Positions 1-7,780 of a stretch of 64,000 nt of DNA are shown piece after piece. The DNA is taken from the sequence record OZ035782.1; one strand, written 5' to 3'. Each line of letters begins with the position of its first letter. Position 1 is the first letter of the stretch. Origin of the DNA: Felixounavirus LF110P2. Below the pieces are notes generated by a model. It was not told the DNA's origin. It ran no database searches and saw nothing but the letters and a program-made list of their open reading frames with translations. Position numbers and translations under genes: made by a program.

Positions 1-426
1 CATAGTTTCTCTGCTACCACTTCATCTTTTGATTATGGTACGAAGGGGACTAACAGTACGGGTGGTCACACTCACTCCGTAAGTGGTACAACAAGTGCTG
101 CTGGTAACCACGCTCACCACTTAGGTCTGCTATTGGTTAATGGTGGTGATGCTCAGTACGGTTATACAACTGTTAGCAATAACAAGACGAGAACTCTTGA
201 CTGGCTTGACAGAACTGATAACAAGTTCCCTAACACTAACACAACTGGTAACCATACACACACATGGTCTGGTACTACAAGTAACACTGGTGCTCACACC
301 CACTCTGTAGGTATTGGTGCTCACACCCATACAGTTAGTGGTAACACTGGTGGTACAGGTTCTGGTTCATCATTTAGTGTTACTAACCAGTTCTACAAGT
401 TAATGGCTTGGGTGAGAACTGCTTAA
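1..426 (+). CDS. tail fibre protein, C-terminal fragment (5' end outside window) with His-x-His repeats
   Basis: Frame 1 is open from nt 1 to stop at 424-426; repeated GxHTHS/AHTHT motifs resemble metal-binding HxH repeats of phage long-tail-fibre tips. Confidence 0.45.
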   Translation, partial: HSFSATTSSFDYGTKGTNSTGGHTHSVSGTTSAAGNHAHHLGLLLVNGGDAQYGYTTVSNNKTRTLDWLDRTDNKFPNTNTTGNHTHTWSGTTSNTGAHTHSVGIGAHTHTVSGNTGGTGSGSSFSVTNQFYKLMAWVRTA

Positions 427-505
427 TCCCTTGTTGACTGATTGTTAAGATGGTGTTAATATTCTTTATGGGTATTCTCACCATCTTGGCTGATGAGGTG
501 ATTAA

Positions 506-703
506 ATGCCTACAATCCTAGCAATTCTTCTAAAAAATCTAGGTAGCTTCTTCTGGAAACTCATTTTATCCCTTCTAAGTGAATACATGATTGAGAAAGT
601 GTTCTTTAAGCTTGCAAGATACCTTGCGAGTAAAACAGACACACCTATTGATGATGAGTTCGTAGATAACTTAGAAAAAGCTTTTAAGGGGGAGAATAAA
701 TGA
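506..703 (+). CDS. hypothetical small membrane protein
   Basis: 65-aa ORF with hydrophobic N-terminal segment; overlaps next ORF by 4 nt. Confidence 0.4.
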   Translation: MPTILAILLKNLGSFFWKLILSLLSEYMIEKVFFKLARYLASKTDTPIDDEFVDNLEKAFKGENK

Positions 704-1071
704 AGTGGCTAGAGGAAGCTTTTAAAAATAATATTGGTGCAATTGTAGTTGGTATTTTTAGTGTTATTGGGATGTATACCACGATGCAAGTTTCAAGTGG
801 TAAACAAGAAGTGTCTGTCACAACAAAGTTACAGCAGCTAGATAATTATTCCAAAAGTAACTATTCAGCTATTCGTGATTTACAGTCTGACATGAGACTG
901 ATTCAGCTAGGGATGGAGAACCAGAAAGTTCAGTTAGAGAATGTTAAGGGTGAAAACGCAAAACTTACTAAGACTCTCGATAAATTCTCTGACAGTGTGA
1001 ACAATCTGGCTCAATCAGTATCAGCCTTGCAAGCTATTACTGAAAAGAACACAAAGAATACTGAAAGATAA
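700..1071 (+). CDS. hypothetical membrane protein with coiled-coil region
   Basis: 123-aa ORF, predicted N-terminal TM helix then Q/L-rich heptad-like region; holin or spanin role is speculative. Confidence 0.45.
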   Translation: MKWLEEAFKNNIGAIVVGIFSVIGMYTTMQVSSGKQEVSVTTKLQQLDNYSKSNYSAIRDLQSDMRLIQLGMENQKVQLENVKGENAKLTKTLDKFSDSVNNLAQSVSALQAITEKNTKNTER

Positions 1072-1075
1072 AATT

Positions 1076-1104
1076 TAAGGCTCCTTTTTACGGGAGCCTT
1101 TTTT
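1076..1104 (+). terminator. rho-independent terminator between convergent genes
   Basis: GGCTCC..GGGAGCC hairpin followed by TTTTTTGTTTT. Confidence 0.6.
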
Positions 1105-1107
1105 GTT

Positions 1108-2007
1108 TTACTTGCCTACTGACAAAGGTGCTTCAATCTTTCCTGCATGTTTGTAGTTGTTGATGCCACCAATAAAGTCACTTGCAGTAAGATGTTTTAA
1201 GTCACTTAAGGTGTTAAGTTGTACACCAATCTCAAAAGTAGGTGCATGGAACTCTTCATTGTTCATCAGTTCATAAACCTGCTTCATATGGTTCTGGTAA
1301 ATCTGAGTATCTCCAAAGACACCTATCAAGTATCGTGGAGTGTATCCAGTCATCTTACAAAGAACTTCCAGAATAAAACCATAAGATGCAATATTAAACG
1401 GGAGTCCTAAAAAGGTGTCTACTGAACGCTGATACCATTGCAAGTCAACTTCACCCTCATTAGTGATATAAATCTGAAACAGTACATGGCAAGGTGCTAA
1501 AGCCATCGAGTTAGCTGCAATATCTGCTGCATTCCAAGCATTAACAAGCATGTAACGGTCTGTGATATCACCTTTCATCTTCGTTACTAAGGTCTCTAAC
1601 TGGTCTACAACACAACCATTATGACCTTCAAAGTTTCTCCACTGAACCCCGTAGATTCTCCCACCTGCATCCTCTAACCAGTCTTGTTCAGAAGAATAGT
1701 TAGAGCTTAACCAGCGTTTAAAATCATCTGACCAGATAGTCCAGCGTTCCCCATCATTTTCACCCCAAGTTCGATAACGAAGTTCACCAAGTTTATTCTC
1801 ACCATTCAGGAACCATAAAGCTTCCCCAATAACTTGCCTTGTAAACACCTGTTTAGATGTTAATAGTGGGAAACCAGTACGCATATCAAAACGAAACTGT
1901 GGTGGAGCAAATGCAGAGATAACATCTCCAGTTCGTGTAGTACGCAGTTCACCAACGGATAAAACATGATTCAGGATATTTTTGTAACTCAAATCAGCTT
2001 GTGACAT
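1108..2007 (-). CDS. thyA: thymidylate synthase
   Basis: 299-aa ORF of thymidylate-synthase length, recognised as ThyA/Td-like by overall similarity; uninterrupted (no intron). Confidence 0.9.
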   Translation of the reverse strand: MSQADLSYKNILNHVLSVGELRTTRTGDVISAFAPPQFRFDMRTGFPLLTSKQVFTRQVIGEALWFLNGENKLGELRYRTWGENDGERWTIWSDDFKRWLSSNYSSEQDWLEDAGGRIYGVQWRNFEGHNGCVVDQLETLVTKMKGDITDRYMLVNAWNAADIAANSMALAPCHVLFQIYITNEGEVDLQWYQRSVDTFLGLPFNIASYGFILEVLCKMTGYTPRYLIGVFGDTQIYQNHMKQVYELMNNEEFHAPTFEIGVQLNTLSDLKHLTASDFIGGINNYKHAGKIEAPLSVGK

Positions 2008-2008
2008 A

Positions 2009-2554
2009 TCAAAAGTGCCCTTTTACTTGTGGAACATAAATCTCAAAGGTTGCTTTACCATCATCTGAGGGTCTTGACTGTACCTTTGCAAATACATGGC
2101 TATCATACAGTTTATCGAAGAAGTTTTCAAAAGGTAAATACACAGTGGCCTCTTCAGTAACTTTATGGAAAACTGTATGGAAAACTACACCAGCATACGG
2201 CAAAGCATTGACAAGAACACCTGCACCACCAATTACAAAGATATCTTCATCAATAGAGCTATCAAGGTACTTCAAAAATGCTCCAAAGGACTCTTTGCTG
2301 GCCTTAGCATACATTACATCTTCTTTACCAAAGTCTATACCAAAATATGGCACAGAGTTTGTTAAGATAAGGTTTTCACGTTCTGGTAAAGGCTTACTAC
2401 CCAGAGTCTTAAAAGTCTCATTACCCATCACTACTAAGTTATTTTTAGTGAGTCTCTTAAACTCTTGCATGTCCTGTTTATGTCGAGGCCACGGCATACC
2501 AGTTGGAGTACCAAACTCACCATTTTCACCACTTGCAAAGATTAATTTAATCAT
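2009..2554 (-). CDS. frd: dihydrofolate reductase
   Basis: 181-aa ORF immediately upstream of thyA, DHFR-like N-terminus (IFASGENGEFG...MGNETF). Confidence 0.8.
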   Translation of the reverse strand: MIKLIFASGENGEFGTPTGMPWPRHKQDMQEFKRLTKNNLVVMGNETFKTLGSKPLPERENLILTNSVPYFGIDFGKEDVMYAKASKESFGAFLKYLDSSIDEDIFVIGGAGVLVNALPYAGVVFHTVFHKVTEEATVYLPFENFFDKLYDSHVFAKVQSRPSDDGKATFEIYVPQVKGHF

Positions 2555-2811
2555 TTTGTAAATCCTTTCTTAATGAACCAGTTGATAACACTCTTCACAA
2601 CTTTACTACGATGGTAGATAAAATGTGGAGAGGGTTGGTATGAACCATAAGCCCAGAAAGCGATAATTTCATTACACCCTGTGCATCGGGTACTTTCTTC
2701 AGCAATATGACCGTTGACTATTTCACTTACCTCACCTTGTAAGTCTGTACACCCGCAATGTGGACAACGGATAGGTGTTCCATCAGACTCATAGCAGTGT
2801 TCAATTTTCAT
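2551..2811 (-). CDS. zinc-ribbon protein
   Basis: 86 aa with CPHCGC...CTGC Cys clusters. Confidence 0.4.
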   Translation of the reverse strand: MKIEHCYESDGTPIRCPHCGCTDLQGEVSEIVNGHIAEESTRCTGCNEIIAFWAYGSYQPSPHFIYHRSKVVKSVINWFIKKGFTK

Positions 2812-3327
2812 CTATTTAACCTCAAAAACTGGCTCAAGAACCAATATAAAGTCTACACAGTCATCTTCTTCATCCAGAATACCATCAAAGTTCTTAGGAA
2901 CGAAGTCGAAGAGGCTCATAACAAAACAGTCAGAAGTGACCCTGATAGTTCCTCCCATGTTCTCTACAGTTAACACTGTACGGCTTTCTTTTACCTCCCT
3001 CAGAAGATTACCCACAAAGTCATCTAAGAAGTACTTCATCAGTGACTTAAAGCCTTTAGGATAATCTGTACCAGAGTATGTTTCAATCTGAGGAACAAGC
3101 TTAACATTTATACTAGTCTTTGTTAAGAATGCACTAGAGAACATACTATCAGGTAACTTACAAACAGTCTTTCCAGTACCTTCATGTTCAATCTCAACAA
3201 AACCAGCTTCGTCGCCACATGTAACTATTTTAAAAGATGCTTCATTCTCATACTGTGAAGCCATAAACTTTTTAAGCATCTCTTTAAGGAAATCTGCATG
3301 AGCATCTTGTAAGTAGATATCAATCAT
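2812..3327 (-). CDS. hypothetical protein
   Basis: 171-aa ORF in operon context, no recognisable motif. Confidence 0.45.
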   Translation of the reverse strand: MIDIYLQDAHADFLKEMLKKFMASQYENEASFKIVTCGDEAGFVEIEHEGTGKTVCKLPDSMFSSAFLTKTSINVKLVPQIETYSGTDYPKGFKSLMKYFLDDFVGNLLREVKESRTVLTVENMGGTIRVTSDCFVMSLFDFVPKNFDGILDEEDDCVDFILVLEPVFEVK

Positions 3328-3340
3328 CGTTAATCACCTA

Positions 3341-3700
3341 TTATGGGAACAAGCACTTAATGTCGTCGTTTTTGAAAACAAAGCTTGTGTAGTTATGACC
3401 GTCAACATCCAGCCAAACAGCCTGAACATCTACACCATCAAGATTCTGGTAAAGCTCTTTGATGAAGTGGTCTTTCACAATCTGACTGCTAGTTGTTTCC
3501 AGCTTAATGTTCGAGATTGCTGAACCTACAGCCATATAGCCCATGACACGTTTCTTCTCAGTATGCTTAATCTTACCATCTTTGTAAGCCATAATGAGAT
3601 TGGAAAGAATCTTCACACCATAATACTTCTCAAGGTGAGTAGGTACACCATAAAAGCCTAATGCGAAGTTTTCAGAGTGGATAATGTTTTCACGTTTCAT
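3341..3700 (-). CDS. hypothetical protein
   Basis: 119-aa ORF. Confidence 0.45.
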   Translation of the reverse strand: MKRENIIHSENFALGFYGVPTHLEKYYGVKILSNLIMAYKDGKIKHTEKKRVMGYMAVGSAISNIKLETTSSQIVKDHFIKELYQNLDGVDVQAVWLDVDGHNYTSFVFKNDDIKCLFP

Positions 3701-3701
3701 A

Positions 3702-4031
3702 TTAATCTGCCAACCTTAAATTGAAATTAACACCAAATTTTTCACATACTTCCAACATATACTCAAGGGAGACGTTACCAGTGAGATGGATTATGTTGGA
3801 TACACGAGCCTGAGAGATACCACAAATTTTAGCAACTTGCTCTTGAGAAAGACCTCTGGATTTAATCTCTCTCTTAAAACGATGTGCAACGAAGTCTCTC
3901 ATTTCGTCTACATCCATTGGGCAAATATAACTTTCCATTTCAGCCTCTCTATCAGCCTCCCAATCATCTTGTGGGGCATAAGGGTCAAAAACCTCATTCA
4001 TCTTTCTTCTTCCGTTTACGTGAAGTGTCAA
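3702..4031 (-). CDS. HTH (XRE-like) DNA-binding protein
   Basis: C-terminal LSQEQVAKICGISQARVSNI helix-turn-helix signature. Confidence 0.5.
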   Translation of the reverse strand: MTLHVNGRRKMNEVFDPYAPQDDWEADREAEMESYICPMDVDEMRDFVAHRFKREIKSRGLSQEQVAKICGISQARVSNIIHLTGNVSLEYMLEVCEKFGVNFNLRLAD

Positions 4032-4206
4032 TCAACGAATCTATGTTTGTAGCCCTAACCTTTTCACGTCCATCGTTAAGATAATCATCAAGAGCCTTTT
4101 CAATCTGTGAATCATCTTGACAGATAACTGTAAAGACTGTAAAGCCATCTGTATCGTCAATTATCTTACCATAACCGCTTCTGGGATGTAACTTTTTAAG
4201 AGCCAT
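3994..4206 (-). CDS. hypothetical protein
   Basis: 70-aa ORF, basic C-terminus. Confidence 0.35.
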   Translation of the reverse strand: MALKKLHPRSGYGKIIDDTDGFTVFTVICQDDSQIEKALDDYLNDGREKVRATNIDSLIDTSRKRKKKDE

Positions 4207-4207
4207 A

Positions 4208-4591
4208 TCAAATACCTGTGCAGCTTCTGTTTTCTAAGAAATACTCAACACCGTACATAGCTTTTTGCATCAAATCTTCTTTAAACTGGATACGATGATT
4301 GAGCATATCCTGTACATCAATATTATCATGGTGTTTCTCTTTAATATTTGCAGATTGCAGGAAATACTCTGCAAGAACGCGATATTGATAGTCAGTCACC
4401 TTATCAGTCATCTCTGTCAAAGACTCTTCAGAGATTGGTTTTAGTAACTCACCATTAGCTAGAGCAACACCTTTTACAATCTGGCAAGTATCTTCTGGAA
4501 CACCTGACAAGTCCACATTTGGGAGTTCTGTTGCATTGACTGGTAAATTCATTGCCATAACCATTGCAGCAGCTAATAAAATCTTTTTCAT
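4208..4591 (-). CDS. secreted protein with signal peptide
   Basis: N-terminus MKKILLAAAMVMAMNLPVNA typical cleavable signal peptide. Confidence 0.45.
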   Translation of the reverse strand: MKKILLAAAMVMAMNLPVNATELPNVDLSGVPEDTCQIVKGVALANGELLKPISEESLTEMTDKVTDYQYRVLAEYFLQSANIKEKHHDNIDVQDMLNHRIQFKEDLMQKAMYGVEYFLENRSCTGI

Positions 4592-5001
4592 AATGACCTC
4601 AAAGTTATATTGAATTTTGTATTACATTGAGTATAAAAATAAGCTATAACACCTGACTTGTCAACAGATTTTATAGCTTATTTGGCAGATTTTTTATAAG
4701 GCTACTGCCATCCTTCCATACATTACCTAACCAAGCCTAACATCACACAACCAGACCGAGCCGCACCCCGCCTTTTTAAAAGACCCTCTTAAAGACCTTT
4801 TAAAAAGGTAAGTCTCATTTTAATGTAGCTGAGACTAACTACCCACACCTTACCAAACCGTACCTGACCTTACCATGCCACACCTTACAACACCAAACAT
4901 TACTTAAAAACCTTCTTAGAAGACTCTTAAGTGATGCTGGTGAGTACCCGTTGGTTTATGCTGCTCAGTATACTCACCAAATTTTCTATGTCAACAACTT
5001 T

Positions 5002-6105
5002 TTATTCGTAGTCTCGAATAACTAACCCGACAGGGAACTGTAGAGACCCCTTACGAGTCATCTTCTGGAACTGAACCGTTAAAGGCTTCCCGATAAACTC
5101 TTCAGGATGCTCAGCAAGATACTGTTTCTTCTCATGAGTAGTCTTCCATGAGACATCTACAAAGACGTTAGGAAGAGTCTCTACAACGAACTTGCCATGA
5201 CCACGCTTATCAGTCTTTACACCAGTCACTTTAAACTCTTCAGTGTGCATCTTCTTGTGCTTAATCAAGAAATATGAACGGTGACCACACTCGTAGAAAG
5301 ATTCTTCAGAGATTGAACGGTACATTGCACCTTCAAAATCAGCTTCAACCCATTTATCATGAGCTTCATCAAACTCTTCCCAAGAGTTAACACGACGAGA
5401 CTTGACAGGGACAACTCTACAGCCGTCTCTAAAGTCATTCAATGGTGAAGTCTCAATAATATCCCTACGCTCAGGCCACGTCTTAGTGCTGTCACAGATA
5501 TCATACCAGTAAAACTTGAGTAAATGTCGGTCAGGATTGTCTTCATTTTTAATCATAGAGACAATATCTTCTAAGTCCAACCCATGAGCATAGATTTCAC
5601 CATCAAATTCATCAACATCTTTATGGAGCCTCAACATTGCCATAATGTCAGGTATTAGCTCAGTAGGAATTTTATAAATAGTGTTCTCACGAGAATATGC
5701 TGTAAATACGCTGCCAATACTTAAGTGTCTTGAAATTCTACAACGGACACCATCAAGTTTTGGTTGAGCATCAGCAGGGAACTTCAGATACTTTGCATGA
5801 CTAACCTTTGCAGCATCATGAGCAAGCTGCACACCTACCTTCTCAGTATTCTGTGCAGACTCTTTTGTGTAAGCATAGCCTTTGCGGTCAACCTGCTTTT
5901 TATACTTAGCAGCAACTTCAAAGAGAGCTTGCTGTTCAGCGTTACGCTCATTCTTTTTACCGATGTTTTTAGGTTCTGCTGTATACTCTTCAAACATCAT
6001 CTTGCCATTTTCTTTACCGTAGGTTGTAATAACTTTGTCACCTACAGCAACGCATGACCAGACGTTGAAAGAGCCGTCTTTATTTTGTTTGTACAGTATT
6101 GTCAT
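5002..6105 (-). CDS. ATP-dependent DNA ligase
   Basis: KxDG adenylation motif (PKLDGVRC); start moved from track 6141 to Met at 6105, which abuts the upstream stop. Confidence 0.8.
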   Translation of the reverse strand: MTILYKQNKDGSFNVWSCVAVGDKVITTYGKENGKMMFEEYTAEPKNIGKKNERNAEQQALFEVAAKYKKQVDRKGYAYTKESAQNTEKVGVQLAHDAAKVSHAKYLKFPADAQPKLDGVRCRISRHLSIGSVFTAYSRENTIYKIPTELIPDIMAMLRLHKDVDEFDGEIYAHGLDLEDIVSMIKNEDNPDRHLLKFYWYDICDSTKTWPERRDIIETSPLNDFRDGCRVVPVKSRRVNSWEEFDEAHDKWVEADFEGAMYRSISEESFYECGHRSYFLIKHKKMHTEEFKVTGVKTDKRGHGKFVVETLPNVFVDVSWKTTHEKKQYLAEHPEEFIGKPLTVQFQKMTRKGSLQFPVGLVIRDYE

Positions 6106-6106
6106 T

Positions 6107-6298
6107 TTATTCCTCTGAGTGATACCAAGTATTGCAAGCATTACATGCGTAAAGCTCTAAGTCATTTTTGTCTGGTTTATGGAAACAGTTTGCTCCGCAG
6201 TGGCAACGAAACGGCTTTCCACCAACTGTCAGAATGAAGGATTGAACCTTTCCATCAGGAGTCCGTACAGCATTTTTATGCTTGTCTTCTTTATTCAT
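6107..6298 (-). CDS. zinc-finger protein
   Basis: 63 aa, CHCGANC...CNACN Cys/His clusters. Confidence 0.45.
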   Translation of the reverse strand: MNKEDKHKNAVRTPDGKVQSFILTVGGKPFRCHCGANCFHKPDKNDLELYACNACNTWYHSEE

Positions 6299-6454
6299 TT
6301 GTGCTATTGCCTTTGTCAGATTTCATATAGGACATGTTACTATACCTTTTAATAAAATGTACAACGCATTTTGGTGTATCCTTTGAGTCTTTGATGTGCA
6401 ATCTCTCGAAACTGTGTACTGTGAAGGTTGCATCTGTCATTGTTTGCTTAGGTT

Positions 6455-6760
6455 TCATTTTCTCTTACCACCAATCTCTACGTCAATAACTTGAACATCA
6501 CCAGCAACATCAAACTTATGAATGATGCTTTCCACAGTGTAAGTCCAACCCTCGATTCGAACCAACTCACCTTCTCGTGGGACGATTGGGTTACGTTGAG
6601 CTACGGTTGTAGTGGAGTGAACAACATCATAACAGTATATATAGTTCACTAGGACTTCCATCTTGAACACCTCACTCAATAACAGTAGTGTGTGATTGAC
6701 CATTTTTGCCATAGCTATAAGATGTTGTTGTTTGAGAGTTTGGACACCTGACAACAACAA
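6455..6760 (-). CDS. hypothetical protein (start uncertain)
   Basis: ORF overlaps the upstream lipoprotein gene; true start is probably an internal Met near 6658. Confidence 0.3.
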   Translation of the reverse strand: MLLSGVQTLKQQHLIAMAKMVNHTLLLLSEVFKMEVLVNYIYCYDVVHSTTTVAQRNPIVPREGELVRIEGWTYTVESIIHKFDVAGDVQVIDVEIGGKRK

Positions 6761-6932
6761 TGTCTCTGCTTATGGCATCACCATGTAACTTATAGACTTT
6801 GCAATCTTGCATCTCTGGTGGGAGGCTATAAGAAGCGTTTTTGTCCTCGTAAGAGGGATTACAGCCAGATAGAAAGATAACACTAAGCACAATTACTGCT
6901 TTCCACATAATACTTCTCCTATTACTGTTCAC
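6672..6932 (-). CDS. lipoprotein
   Basis: Signal sequence ending in lipobox FLSGC. Confidence 0.5.
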   Translation of the reverse strand: MNSNRRSIMWKAVIVLSVIFLSGCNPSYEDKNASYSLPPEMQDCKVYKLHGDAISRDIVVVRCPNSQTTTSYSYGKNGQSHTTVIE

Positions 6933-7094
6933 GATGTTCTACTTCTCTGTACGTTCGTCGATAGTTTATAATAAGCTGTGCTAACTCGTTGCTTTTAACA
7001 TCTGAACGTAGAAGTTGCCAATCAAAACCTTTACCGACTCTTCCATACAAACTAAAGAATTTTACTTTGCGTTTCATTTTGGTATCTCCAATAC

Positions 7095-7322
7095 TCAGAT
7101 GTCAATGCTAATACGTTCACCCTTAAGGACTCCTGTACGGTCCCTTGCAATCTTACCGTCAACAATAAGGATGTGTGCAGACCTTAAAGATTCGCCATTA
7201 AAAGCTTTTACGAACTTACAAGGCATTACCACAATAGACATCTCCTGAATCAACTCTGGAGTATAGCAATTGTCGTGAAGTTGCTGAATAACGTCTGCAA
7301 GTGTCATTTTTGATGTCTCCAA
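7095..7322 (-). CDS. hypothetical protein, paralog of 7510-7719
   Basis: 75 aa; shares ...GGKIAxDxTxxLKGERxxI with the neighbouring paralog. Confidence 0.45.
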   Translation of the reverse strand: METSKMTLADVIQQLHDNCYTPELIQEMSIVVMPCKFVKAFNGESLRSAHILIVDGKIARDRTGVLKGERISIDI

Positions 7323-7513
7323 TACTCAATGTCAATAAGTTCTTGTGCAATGCTTTTCAGATTACCTTTCAAGAAAACCTTCTCAGAACCTGAAAGAGAT
7401 GAATTGTCAATTAACCTGTTCATTCTCTCAAACAACTTCTGCTTACGGTTCTTGATAGTTTCCTTTGAAGCACCTTTCATCATCGCTGCATGGGTTCTTC
7501 CACGGTGACTCAT
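7304..7513 (-). CDS. hypothetical basic protein
   Basis: 69-aa ORF between the two paralogs. Confidence 0.4.
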   Translation of the reverse strand: MSHRGRTHAAMMKGASKETIKNRKQKLFERMNRLIDNSSLSGSEKVFLKGNLKSIAQELIDIEYWRHQK

Positions 7514-7719
7514 AGCAAATTCTCGATGTCTACACGTTCACCTTTTAAGTACCTTGTCTTATCTTTTGCGATTTTCCCTCCAGCAATAAAGATATCTGCT
7601 ATACGCAGAGCTTCAGGGTTTACTCTATAACCACTGCAAATAACAATAAGCATGTCTTCAATCTCTTTTTGAGAATAACCTGCACATTGCAACTGAACTT
7701 CAATCTCTGAAAGCGTCAT
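7510..7719 (-). CDS. hypothetical protein, paralog of 7095-7322
   Basis: 69 aa, tandem duplicate. Confidence 0.45.
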   Translation of the reverse strand: MTLSEIEVQLQCAGYSQKEIEDMLIVICSGYRVNPEALRIADIFIAGGKIAKDKTRYLKGERVDIENLL

Positions 7720-7780
7720 GTGACCTCCTATACAAGATACAGTATAAGGTACTCTTCCATGAGCACCTTGTCAATACTAA

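Noticed and set aside
1108-2007. Possible group I intron in thymidylate synthase (as in T4 td)
   Set aside because: The ORF is continuous at full thymidylate-synthase length (299 aa) with no internal stop; likewise nrdB and nrdD are uninterrupted, the HNH gene near nrdD being free-standing
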